Positions 1 through 35,738 of a stretch of DNA of 64,000 nucleotides are shown one piece after another. The notes beneath the pieces are model-generated. The model made no database searches, was not told the origin of the DNA, and saw nothing but the letters and a program-made list of their open reading frames with translations. The first letter of the stretch is position 1, and every line of letters begins with the position of its first letter. Origin of the DNA: Nitrospirales bacterium. Lineage in GTDB: Bacteria > Nitrospirota > Nitrospiria > Nitrospirales > UBA8639. Location of the stretch: the NCBI GenBank assembly GCA_965203295.1, contig CBDBCZ010000014.1:160001-224000 (forward strand), read 5' to 3'. The position numbers and the translations under genes are program-made.

Positions 1-456
1 TTGAGGCTTGGCCCCACCACATTGTACCAATTAGTTCTCAAGCCTCCCATACATGTGGTAGCTCGCCCTGCCAAAATTTTAGCATTCCAACTCATCAATG
101 CAAGACATACCCAATTGGTAAAGGCATAATAATTATGATACTGGAAGTGCTTCTGTATCACAACTCATTTTGAGTGTTACTCCACTAACACCAGCAGCCC
201 CTTGTAGCTTATTTTTACCATGTTATATTCTGCTATATCATGTAGGTAAGTCTCATGTATGTACATATTACCAGTATGATTCAAGATAGCAACAAACATT
301 CATTATACCCCTAGCTTCATGCACTCCCAAGCCTACCTTATGCAGTTCTCTATACATGTTTGCCCTCATTAATCAATGAAAGCATATAAGAGAGTGGGGC
401 ATGAGAATAAGGCTAGAATTTCTGCTGTACACTTTGATTTACCTGTTTTCTTACAG

Positions 457-7543
<7,087 letters not shown>

Positions 7544-9700
7544 ACACTCATGCACATCACAACAATTCAAGTAACTGCTGCACTGATATACGGATCCAAT
7601 ATTATGCTATGGATACACGTGCAAATTGTGCATTATGGACAACTTTGTTAAGGAATAATCACACTGTTGTTGTACATTTCCATTTTGAGAACTTGTGCAA
7701 TTTTTTCTGGGAGCCAATTATGCGAGTTTCACAATTGCATTAGTTTCGCATGTGCGTTCCAACGATTGGGGATGGAAAAAGTAGTTACTGAAACACCTAG
7801 CCGCAAGCATTATTTCACAATGGTATTATAGACTAGTGCATGATTGCACTGATTTGTGCATATCCAGAGTAGTATCCTATCAAGGGATACTTAATACTGG
7901 CTATTAAGGCCCTATGACTATGGTAGTGAATCTCACCGTGGCCATGATAGGAAATAAGTAGACGATTGCTTCGTCCAAGCACAGATCTTCTATAACAGAA
8001 GATCCGTGGTTCAAGTGATTTTCTGTAGGCTCTGAGCATAATGCAGTATTTGCTTGTATAGTTACTAGGCCCTGGCATTTTTTGGCTCACCAAAAATAAT
8101 TTTAATAGGAAACAGCAACCTGCAACAGTTACTGTGCATGTTGGATTTCAGCTGCTTCGCCAGGTTTCAATAGCCTTGCAACAGCAAACCAGAAATAGTA
8201 AAACCACAGCTATAGCGTATACACGAAGTGTCTTCAAAGCTTGACTGCTGTATCTAGTGGCAAAATATCCCTCTTGGCTCACTAAAAATTCTAATGGGGG
8301 GCTGCAACGCAACTGTCGGCTGCCGACAGTGCTGCTGAACTATCAACATGTTTTTGCTGAATAATACTATAAGGAATAGTGCATGTGGGATCACTTGGAA
8401 CGAACTCTTTGTTTGGCAGAACAGACACTGTTGGAAAAATTTTTGTGGGGTCCTATATCATGGAGTACGGTAGTACTCCATATGTAGGGATGGCACGGAA
8501 AAAAATGGCGGCCCCATATAACGCGTACAAAATCATACGTTCAGAACTCGGCTTTGATTATAGTCATAGGCTTTTATGAGCCATATTATGGCATCTCGAG
8601 TGTTTTCATCAGCAACAGGACTGCTGGCGTTGCTAGAAACCTTCGCTGGAGTACCAATCCGGCAAGTCGCTACTCTGGGGGGGCGGGGCTTAATGGTACA
8701 TCTTTCTTGTTTCTTCTTTCTTCAGCCAGGCTAGCACGATAATGGCTGAAGCGATCACAATGATTCAAGCGCGAACAAGCTAAATATTCCCCGGGGTATC
8801 GCACTCGTAGCATAGCTTATTCAAAAAAATCGAATGGGTTCAGCAGTGATTTACGAGTACTCCTGAGTAGACGCTTGCCATTCTACGCCATTTAATAACT
8901 ACTGTTCCGTTCCGTTCCGGGTTTTTAGTTACCGCCCCATTTAATTATGCGCAGACTTCACGCGTTCGTCTATTTAACGCCCACCTTTGATCGTGCCAGC
9001 TGTCCGGGCCTGAGATGCATCTTCTGGGCGTAAGTCACACGAAAATTTAGCTATAATACACTTACTCACAAGGCTGATTATTATGTTAGTTGGCTCTAGT
9101 CCAAATGGCTTCTGGCCAGGGGTACTGTTCATGAGTTGCAAGTTGTCCCGGGACACGCAACAAATTTGCCTTGTTCTCTGGGCCTTTCTGTTTGCCTTTG
9201 TTATGCATCATGAGCTACTTTTGTTCACTTGCTATGAATACTAGCACAGGCAGAAAAGCCTTGGAAAGGATCGCATCCGGACAACCCCTACCATCCGGAG
9301 GCCCCCTCGCTTACTGCCCCCTCCAATATATTGGAGGGGGCAGTCAGTTATTTGTCTTTGTGACACTAGAAAATGCAATACATATTTTTGTCCTCAGAGA
9401 TAATTCATATCATAGACTACGGTACTAGCTACTCCATGGGGCAGCTTCCCATGCTAGCTGTAGTGCCGACCTTGACAAGAAAGGGCAACCTCACATGCCA
9501 GTTACATAGCTGACTGGGGTACAAATCAAAACCTATATACTACATGCATCATCCTCAAACACATTATATCCCAACACTATCCCTACACCTACACATTTAC
9601 ACCAACACATTTGTTACCACCTCCCAAAAAACACCCCAAAACAAGTTACAGAAAAAGCACTTTGCCAAAAAGTGCAAAAACAAGTTATGTAGGGATGCAC

Positions 9701-10638
9701 TTCCACCAAAAAACACTTCTCCAAAAACCAATGAAACAAGCAACAGTGCACACCACAATGCATGCACAGACTACCCACACATCACAGTGCAATGATATGC
9801 ATTTACCGCGTAGCCACCATCCCTACATCTTTCCAACCACACCCACCACAATCTGTACCATGCCCCCATACTCAACAGCACACCGAATACTTCCTATAAC
9901 ACACATAACCATCCATAACCATCATCAACCATGACACCTCGTCTCCATCCAACGTACAACCACCCTTACTTCCTTATCCACAATCATCACATACCTTACA
10001 AAACATATCACCCTACACTACAACCAACTCAAACCTTCACAGGAACACTACTCACATCAAAATGCACTTCGCTCCACCATTCACCATTCACAAGCACAAT
10101 TGAGCAGAGCAATTCCTCACAACACCACACTGCCACCTACACACACAACAAACACAACCCACATCAACTACCATACAACGCACTCAACAAAGTTTCTACA
10201 CTTTACCAAACACACCCATACTGTCCTCCCCTACAAAGAACCTGCATACACAAGCATCTCACAACACGCTCACAAAACTTCATAACACTCCATGGCCACC
10301 CGGCATAACCAAACACTCCCAAGTCCCTATACAAACACCATATTTATGACTCCACCCTCAATGACTCACTAGTCCACATTCTACAGTTTCAGCTACCTTC
10401 AACAACCACCACATGCTCAGTCATTAGCAATACACACACACCAAATTACACTACCACTCCTCACATCTCACATATACGTATACATGGTTGTGGTGGGTGT
10501 GGTTGGAAAGATGTAGGGATGGTGGCTACGCGGTAAATGCATATCATTGCACTGTGATGTGTGGGTAGTCTGTGCATGCATTGTGGTGTGCACTGTTGCT
10601 TGTTTCATTGGTTTTTGGAGAAGTGTTTTTTGGTGGAA
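9701..10638. repeat. Inverted repeat with ~151-bp arms (9701-9851 and 10488-10638)
   Basis: ttccaccaaaaaacacttctcc...acacccaccacaa reappears as a reverse complement; the ORF track shows the same peptide (HQKTLLQKPMKQATVHTT) on both strands. Confidence 0.92.
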
Positions 10639-12180
10639 TATAATAAAGGATCCCACAAAGTTCTCTCTCAGACGTGCTTGACTGCCATCATTATGATTAT
10701 ATTATCGTGTATATAGTCTAGTGGCCGTTACCAGACAGCAATGAATGTGTAGATATTTGTTACAAAAGCATCAAAGTGTACCGAGAAATGGGAATACTGG
10801 TTTACACATGCATAGTTACCATACATGTTACTGTTACATAATATAATATGCCAGCTCCCGTGAATGTATGGATTTCTATAACCATTAAAACAGTGACAAA
10901 TAAGGTGATGTCAGTGAAATTTGAAAATGATTTCAATTTCACTAAAATATCAGGGCATAGCTACGATTTCGAATCTAAGCAGGTATGGCTTTCCAAGTGC
11001 CTCTTCTAGAGTGTGTGTGGCGACCAACAACGAGTAAGCCTCTACTACTCTCCTCCACCTTACCGCCTTCAGTTTGCCTTTATAATAGGCAGGGTTCAAG
11101 GAGTGTATAGTAACCTGACAGTCATGTATTAAATGGGTCACATGCCAGGCGTGACCCAATTTAATGACATTTTGATGAAGCCCATTTGGAATTATCAAAC
11201 TGAAGGTGTCATCCCATTTCGTCTAATCCCACTTCGTCTAATCCCATTCCGCCTAACAAAATGTAGATATGTCCCATTTCGTCTAAAACTTTGAAAAGTT
11301 TCTACAGTTCAGTTACAGTTCATCTTACAAAGCGTTAGAATGGCCATCTAGGTTACAGCTAGTTTATGTTACAAAAAAAAATCCAATCACTGTATTAAAG
11401 CTTTAATAGTTCACTGAGGGTGTAGCCACCTCCTGTCATGGCATCTCCAATAGGTCTGCCCGTCTGCAGTTCTTCTGTTGAGGGTATACTTGTGCCCCTG
11501 ATGTAGAAGTGATCGAGCTCCTCTGATGGTAGTAATGAATTTCATATGTGCTTGCTAGATTAGATTTTCCATTTACCGTACAATTTCTAATTATTCGCCC
11601 CTCTAATTATTTGCCACACCCCAATTTATTTCCTCCAACAAACAGCTGCTGCATGCTCAGTTTCTACTAGTAGACCTATTACTTCCATTATGTAAGCAGG
11701 AATGCCCTGGAGTGTGACTGGCTGATACAGAAAGCCATACCAAGGACAAGGATGCGGCCAAACCTAACTGTGCACGCGCTGTTCCTTATGAATATTGTTT
11801 AATATTGCTGTGCTCCACGATCCTCCATCAGCGCGTAGTAGCGAGAGACAAGCGCAAGCAGGCTTACTTGTTGCAGTTTGTTATGCGGGACTAGCTAGCG
11901 TGCTTGCATGTGGTAAGCGACTTTTTGGCTTCTCCTAATGGGACTGGTGTGTGTGACTGCCCAAAGACTGATAACACTTCCGGTTCTTTAATACTTTCCC
12001 ACACTCCGCGTACCTCAATCATAGATAATGTATACTTCCGTATATATGCCATACGGAATATTATCTATGCCTCAATCAACCCCACATAATATGAGCAGTG
12101 CTCATTGATTTTCATCAGTGTAGCTACAGTAATATAGTTCGCAGATTTCTAAGAATTCCTTTTGAACTATCTTGTACAGA

Positions 12181-27901
<15,721 letters not shown>

Positions 27902-28705
27902 CTGCATGTTCGACCATACATGTACTGTTTTGGACCACTCATAGTATCAGTTGGCAGGACAGAGAGCTAGAGATTCTAACTCGGATCTTGACTGTCTGAA
28001 TTCTTGCACGTACCTTCAGCATATGTGATGTCATGAGACTAGCTCGCTGTACTATTGCTAACTGAGCCCGCGCACTGACACATGATACAGTTAGTATGGG
28101 TTTTGGTTTGCTAATCAGAATCAGGGTACAGTAGCTATATCGTACTCAGTAACTACTACAGTCAAAGAGTTTACAGTCACCGTGTTAGACTGTCCATGCA
28201 CTTGATCTGTCTAGGTTGAATAACTTGGGCCTGTGTGGGAGTGACAAAAACTACATGTAGAAACCCAACTACGAGCACTTCTGTACCAGGGGTCCTCCCC
28301 CCCCCCCCTGCTTATGTACATGTAACAAAACATCCAAACCCTGGGTCGGATTCAATCAGAAGCCAACCACTGCATGCAAACCACCTGGGCATTTGTCAAG
28401 TTTTTATCATGTAGTCTTGTTGCAGGACTTCACCATCAAGTTTCGGATACACAAACGGTAACAGGCTTTCATGTATTTGAAAATGCAAGCTAACCACAAA
28501 TGGTGTGTAATTAACCCTAAACAGATTCCACAAACCAATTTGGTGGGGGGATGTTCACACACAGCATGCATGGCAGAAGTCTATTATGAAAATGTTCTCA
28601 AGAAATCTCAGGCTTGCAAGATTGCCTTACAGAAACAGTGCCGAATTGTTTCCATGTAGCTATCCTCCTTTGTTAAAACCATGGCTATTACTCTACACAC
28701 ATAGA

Positions 28706-28875
28706 CACCTGACACGGTAAACCGCCTTACAAAACTTAGCAACTCGCTATTTACTTACGATGCAGCACCAGACTCGCTTGACAATTACCCAGCCTTGCAA
28801 AAGCTCAAGACCTCAGTTGAGAACCTACCAAACATTGCAAAGTGGCTGAAGGAACGCCCTAAAACTCAGTATTGA
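28706..28875 (+). pseudogene. Orphan terminal exon of a sigma-class-like glutathione S-transferase
   Basis: ...APDSLDNYPALQKLKTSVENLPNIAKWLKERPKTQY* matches the typical sigma GST C-terminus; no upstream GST exons recognised. Confidence 0.7.
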
Positions 28876-29251
28876 AAACTGATATTGTGTTAAGCTTATT
28901 TGTTTACATTTCTAATTTGTAGGTGCTTGGTTGTACTTGTGTAGCTTTCATTGTTTACAGACTGCACTTCTACATTCACCGCCCGACCAGTATTGATCAC
29001 CGATCCGTACACCACATGCATTAATATCCGTTCATTAAGCGACTATTAGCCTAATAATTCATTTTTAGGGCGTCCGCTCTGACGTCAACCAACGCTGCAA
29101 AATACAAAGCGGAAAATTTTCGCGAAAATGCCAATAAGCCTCTAGTTCTATTTTCGCAGTTTTTTATTTTTGCGTCAGCGCAACCAACTGACCACGCCCC
29201 TTCGTACTGTCAAGTGACAAGCTGCAGACTATTGTACTTGTAAAGTACAGT

Positions 29252-32200
29252 ATGGCGGATGCTAACAAACTAGATGCTTCAGCAAGCGGCGAGTTTGTCC
29301 GAAAGGTGAGTTCATTTCGGAATTGGATCAGTCGCGATGGAAGCACCAGTTTTCCAGCGGAGAGCGGCCGCTACCATCTCTATGTGGCAAACCAGTGTCC
29401 TTGGGCTCATCGCACCATGGTCACGCGCAAACTGAAGGGACTGGAAGACGCGATTTCTATGGACATAGCGCATTTTCGCAGAGACGAGAAAGGGTGGAAG
29501 TTTTTCCCGGTCATTTCCGGATGTACTCCGGATACTCTGTACGGATTCTCTCATTTGAAGGACGTGTACCTGCTCTCCGATAAGGATTACCAGGGCAGGA
29601 TATCCGTCCCTGTGCTGTGGGACAAGAAAACCAAAACGGTTGTCAACAATGAATCGTCTGAGATCATTCAAATGCTCAACTCGGAGTTTAATGATTTCTG
29701 CAAGACCGAGGAGCAACGGGCTATGGACTTGTACCCAGAGCACCTGCGAAAGGAGATTGACTCTATCAACGAGTGGGTGTACAGGTGAGGCCTGAGAGGA
29801 AATGAAATGGCAGGGGGCGGTCACTCCCATAGACTCTGTAGTCACAAATGGTGACCACAGTCGGTTAATGGTCAGTGGTCAAAGCCGCTCAAAAGGGTGT
29901 GATCAATGGTCAAAGCACGCTCAGAAATATGATCCATGCTGACAATGGCAGGTTGCAGTGCGGAATTGATGGACTCTTACTCAAGAACAACAGTCTGTAG
30001 TTGGTTACTCAAGATTACTTTTCAGTAGACTAGGCAAGCGTTAGGGAAAGTCCCTTGTACAATCGGCTGTAAAAAAATTTGTAGAGCGCTCAAAGGTCAA
30101 CGGCTGAAATGAGCGTGGTCAACAGTCAAACCACTTCAAAGAGCTGGTCAAACCTTTGACCCCAGGTCACAGTTGTGACTACAGAACTTATGGGAGTGAC
30201 CCACCTTTGAAAGGTGCCATTTACCACATGCACATTTTGATAGCAGCAACGGGCATTCAGTTACCTAAACAACAGGCCGGTTTATAAACCCATTACACCT
30301 GAAAACTCCAGTCTCGTGAGCCGGCCGATTTTAGGGGGAGGAGGGAAAATTGTCTGGTAATGTTTACCAACTTTCTGTTTCCTCTGCGAGAGTGTGGGCA
30401 GAGCCAATGAGAATGTAACAGTCACATGTGCTACATCAAGAGTGCATAAATAGAATTTTCTTTTAGCAAAAAGTAATGCATTTTCCCCCTTGTGTTTATA
30501 CATTTCATGCATATTCCTGCCTTTCTTATTAATCGATCCAGTCTTTGCCCTGCAGGGACATCAACAACGGAGTGTACCGAGCTGGCTTCTCCTCGAAGCA
30601 GGAGCCCTATGACAGGGCCGTCCGCGAGGTGTTTGCTGCGCTGGACAGGGTGGAGGAGATCCTCTCCCGCCAGCGCTACCTCGCTGGCTCCCAGCTGACC
30701 CTGGCCGACGTCAGGCTCTACACCACGCTGGCCAGGTTCGACCCGGTGTATGTCGGCACCTTTAAGGTGAGGAAGATCTCGGTGCGGTGTTGTAGTTATG
30801 GGGCGAGCGAGTGAGTGAGTGAGTGAGTGCATGTGTATATGTGGCAGTCCCAGGTAGAATTTTTCTGTCACCTATTTGAATTGCATTGCCACATCGGAAA
30901 TGCGATATCTCTGAACCTTTATTAAGGATGGGGCTCAATAATGCTGTGTTATTTACACAGTGCCTTATGATCAGCCCACCCTTAACAGGTGATATTGCAT
31001 TTCAAGCGCAGTGAAAGAATCAAAATGCAAGCCGGAATAATGTTCATTTTCTACCAGGGACTGCCTCATGCATGTTTACTTTAGAGTTTGAGGAGTCTGT
31101 CTTCCTGCCTAGTCTCTCTCTGCTGTGAGGTCCCAGGAGTTTCCCCGCCAATCACACCGATTTCTGCTGTTAGTCTCTCTCTCGACTCGGCCTCACATTT
31201 TGCCTGCTAGCTAGGGTACCATTTAGAATGTCTCTGTGTGGCTTGGGTTAGCGAGCCTGAGAGAGCCTGTGTGGCCGAACTCCACACTGGACTGTTTACC
31301 CTACGTCACAGCATGTGATAAATGATACCATCTTCCGGGTTCTGTTTAAACTACCGTACAGCTCCCTCATGTACCATCAATATCTGTGTGAATTTTATAT
31401 GTACTTTTTATATTAGGCGTTAATATAAAATCGGGTAAAGTACATGCTTTTTTCTATTTTATATGGGCACATAAATGCGCCCTTGGCTGGCAAAGAGTTA
31501 AGTATACGGGTAGAAGATGAACACTATTCCCTTCTGTATTTCAATCGCTTTACTGCATTTGAAACATGATGTCTCTGAATTTCATTAATTAAGGATGGGT
31601 TCAAATGAATGCAGCAACTATTGACAACTACAAATACTACATGTGCATATACATGTAGTTATGCACAGTGTATGAGCCCCATCTTGAATGGAAGTTCAGA
31701 GACCCCACATTTAAATACCGTGTCACAAATTGAATAAACACACAACAGAATAAAGTCCATTTTCTAGTACCCAGGACTGCCACATAGTCAATTGAGATGT
31801 TGATCTTCCATCTGACTTCAAACATTTCTTGTTCTGTTTTTTTTTTTGTTTTTTTTTTTTGGACCATATAGTGCAATAAGAAACGCATTGTTGACTATCC
31901 CAACCTGTGGGGCTATCTGCGTGACCTCTACCACACGCCTGGCTTTGGAGAGACAACCAACAGGTTCTTCATTGAGAATGGATACCAGGTTTGCTAACTG
32001 CATGTGCAGTATACCCATATTAGTGCAGGTCACGTGACCTTTAGCCAATCCGATTCTAAGAAATTAGTCATGTGACAGCCGCCTAAAACTACTTAATGCA
32101 CACTTTTATAAGCAACAAATAATATACTTATAAGCAACATAACAGCAGAGTGAAAAAGGAAACAGCATACCAGATGCACTTATAAACACAACGGAGCAGA

Positions 32201-35200
32201 GTACAATGAAAACATGTAAAGTGAAAAGCAGACTAATTACTTTATGGCATTTAATTAGTGCGCTGGTATGATGCAATAATGCTCTCAATACATAATGCAC
32301 TCCCTTTGCTTGTGCATTATGTAATCTAGAGCATTATTGCATCATACCCATGCACTAAAATTAATATTAATGCCATAAAGTACAGCTAGGTGTGTTATAA
32401 ATATTACCTATTATGTTCATTGCAGCGGTGGAGGCCGAATGTTGTGCAATATTTAAACACCAATTTGCAGTGATTGCATTAGTGCGCAAGGACAAAAAAA
32501 GTAACGGTCGAGGGCGGATAATGTACGAGCCAAAGGCGAGTGCATTATCCGCCCGAGTCCATTACTTTATTGTCCGAGCGCACTAATGAAATTCCACAAT
32601 CACTGCCAACTGGTGTTTATTTCTCTCACTGACCTGAGACAGGCACAGTTCTATGGGGCATTATTTAGGAAGTATGCACTATCTAGATAATGCATGCTTA
32701 AGTGTGCATTATGTGATTTAATTCACTGTCATGTGATCGATTTTGTGACTTCTGATTCGTTGAAGGTCACGTGAGTAGCAATAAGTAGTCTATAGATACT
32801 TGGCCTGTTCTGTTGAAAAAACCTCACTAGTAGGAGACCAGAGGAGGTCGGACAAGCTACGTAACCAAGCCAAAATTGATTTAGATCCGTATGACCGGAA
32901 TGGGAGGGGGAAATGATGCACGCAAACGTTCAGCAACTACAGTGTAAGTTAGCAGCTTTTGGAGGTTTGTAGGCCAAGCTACAGTAAATGGAGGTAGTTT
33001 TGTGTTGCCTAGATGGCGAAAACTTGGTAGGTAGCCATAAAAATGAGTTACAAACAAAACAGCAAATGCCAATTGTCTCCCCGAGGGTGGTGGGGTACTT
33101 TTACAGTCTACTTTTCGTCGTTGTGGGTGTACATGGCGTATTCCATGTTGGGGACCCTTGCAAGCGCTTTCCAGATAACGCCTCATCACGTTTTCAGCCA
33201 TCATGTCTGGAACATCACTCAGAGGTGACAGGATTTTGCCTCCAAAGGCAACCAATGTGTCAGAATCGCGAGAGGAAAATAGAGAATTTAACACCAGCAA
33301 TAAAAGTTCTTCCTTGCGAGTCATTTTTCGAAGCAGCTGGCCTGGGGCGAGATGCCTAAATCTTTGATTTTATCTCTATGGAGTTTGCAATACTTAACTG
33401 CTCATTATCACCGATCACATGCAGCATTGCCGGTAGATTGGATTTCAATTGCATATGTCATGTGATTTTAATTAGAAAAGGTCAACCTTGGTCGACCACT
33501 TCTGGTAAGAGATTACATGTGTACATTTACCGTAGAGTACGTATCAAGCGTCCATGGGCGGGGAACCTTATGCTTAGAATGCTGCGGAAGAGGGGGGTGG
33601 GTACTTAATATGATTTCGTCTGCAAACGGCATGTAGTATCCGCCCACCACCCTGCAAGGAAGGAATCTTCACCATAGCATATTTTCTACCACTATATCTT
33701 AGCATCCAGGTGAGCTAAACTTATAACTAAAGCACAGTGAGTGAAACAAGCAGTAAAATTTGATCTTTTAGTGTGCTTTAATTGGAATACCGACGGTAAG
33801 TTAGCTAGCTACTTCGTTTTTCAGCTATATTTCACAGTTATTTGCATGCTTCTATAGCTATTCTAATACAATTGCTTCCATAGTTGGCTATACTTACCTC
33901 ATGTCCTCAATTTGCATCGTGCGTTTACATCGCATTCGAGTGAGCAGATACTACGTGAATAAACGTACCCCTTGCAGGAAGTCGACACTGAAGAGGGGGG
34001 TGGGCGCTTAATACATGGTGGGCGCTTAATACGTACTCTACGTGAATAAACGTACCCCTTGCAGGAAGTCGACACTGAAGAGGGGGGTGGGCGCTTAATA
34101 CATGGTGGGCGCTTGATACGTACTCTACGGTATGCCCAACTGTCTTCAGCCATGCAGTCAATGACCAATTAGCCCAGTGTTGTCTATTGCACCCACAGCG
34201 TAGTGCCAAGAAGCATGGGAAGGAAAAGAGTGTCAAACTAGCAAAACTATAGCTGTTGTTAAACGACACTACAGAAAACTGATGTGGAATTGCACATGCT
34301 GTGGCTTGTAGCTACAAGTGTAGTATGACTATAAATACCAACACCTACCCGCCATGTATTCAGTGTCCATCGACTCTTTTAGTGTCAACTTCCTCTCAAA
34401 GAGTACACTTACGAATGTAGTATCCGCCCACTCTGACACGTTGCAGATACACGGTGTATTGCAAGGATACAAAGGTACATGTAATATAGCCTTCTTTAAT
34501 TAGCCAGCTCATTAAATTTATTTGGAATAGCTAAACAAGCAGCTTAGCTGACCTGGATGGTATGCTTTTGTAGTAAATTTAGTGAAGATTCATGCCTTTC
34601 AGGGTGGTGGGCCGGATACTACATGGTGTTTGTGGACAAATACGTGTTTAGTGCCCACCCCCCTCTTCAGTAGCATCCTAAGGTTCCCCGCTCATGGGTG
34701 TTTGATACATTCTCTACAGTACTTGCGAATAGTACACACTGTCCATATAAGGAGTTTTCGGGCGTTCGACACAACAGTGTGCACACACTCCATGGAGGGC
34801 TGGAATGTAGGAAGTAATTTGTGTATCTCTCTGAACTCAGTGCACACCATATACCACTTTATTGGGTTAGGGTTAGCGAGCACAACTACTTGTAATAAAT
34901 GATTGCTTCTGATTAACTGATTGCACGCGGAAATTACTTCATCTTGGGCGTCACCATACGCGAATTAATTTACCTCGTGTATATCATTAGCGTTCGAGTA
35001 GAGCGCGCTGAGTTTGCTGCGAGTGTTTAGTAGACAAAACAGCTATTGGCGACTCCAAGCTGTGAAAGCAAGGGTATGTGTGGTCTCTATATGGACGCAA
35101 ACGAAGCCAGTACATCGAATTTCCAGCTGTTTTGAAGCGGGAAGCGTAGACGGTAAGCTTTGAGTGTACTAGCAAGCCTTAGCGTGGTAGCTAGAAGCTT

Positions 35201-35738
35201 TCTGTGATGCTTATGTCCCTAGTTGTGATGTAGAGTAGCTAGATGGATTATCCGTGCATCGAGCACGTCTACTAAAATCTTTAGAACTCGATCCTGCAAG
35301 CGCTCTATCTAAGTCTATGTATCGTGTATTGACGATCTGGCTGGTACACGTGCGTTAGTTGCTCAAAATGACTTCTGGCATTTAGGCTATGAATATCTAC
35401 TTGTAATTACAGCCTGTTTCTGATAATAGAAGGGTTATCCCCTAAGGGAAGCACCGCTATGCACGCTGGCCACTTTAGTGGCCTTCCGCGTGGGCTACAT
35501 GCGAAAAATTATTGAACACGGGCCACTTAAGTGGCCTCCCGCGTGCAATGAGTTAACCCTCATAGACAGGGTCTAAGTATAACTTGTACTCCTGATGCCT
35601 TGAGGTTTAATAAGGTATTGCACCTGTTTTTATCCCATGCAGGGCACAAATGTTCGTAACCCACATGGCATTGTAGCCATCGGTCCTGATATCAATTACG
35701 ATGAGCCACATGACAGAGCCACTCAATTCTCTCAGTGA
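29252..35738 (+). CDS. Glutathionyl-hydroquinone reductase (Xi-class GST; YqjG/ECM4-like). Exons 29252-29784, 30556-30766, 31872-31988, 35643-35738
   Basis: [116 protein letters not shown]. All splice phases are consistent. Confidence 0.95.
29814..30205. mobile_element. MITE in GHR intron 1
   Basis: Imperfect TIRs ggtcactcccatagactctgtagtcaca / tgtgactacagaacttatgggagtgacc. Confidence 0.75.
30843..31065. mobile_element. MITE in GHR intron 2
   Basis: TIRs ggcagtcccaggtagaa / ttctaccagggactgcc. Confidence 0.65.
32030..32774. mobile_element. Foldback/non-autonomous element in GHR intron 3
   Basis: Degenerate inverted ends cacgtgacct...gtcatgtgacag...taatgcacactt / aagtgtgcatta...ctgtcatgtga...aggtcacgtg, plus internal palindromes. 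Confidence 0.55.
33528..34132. mobile_element. Tc1/mariner-type MITE (TA-flanked) with an internal ~89-bp tandem duplication
   Basis: TIRs taccgtagagtacgtatcaagcg / cgcttgatacgtactctacggta; repeated unit ctacgtgaataaacgtaccccttgcaggaagtcgac... at ~33951 and ~34038. Confidence 0.8.

Noticed and set aside
9544..10308. His/Thr/Pro-rich ORFs
   Set aside because: Compositional artefact of A/C skew; no RT or other motif found.
29312..30871. Antisense ORFs over GHR exons
   Set aside because: Shadow frames of GC-rich coding sequence.
33950..34130. CRISPR-like repeats (also 11213-11285 and 44242-44366)
   Set aside because: Simple tandem duplications without unique spacers, in a eukaryotic context with no cas genes.
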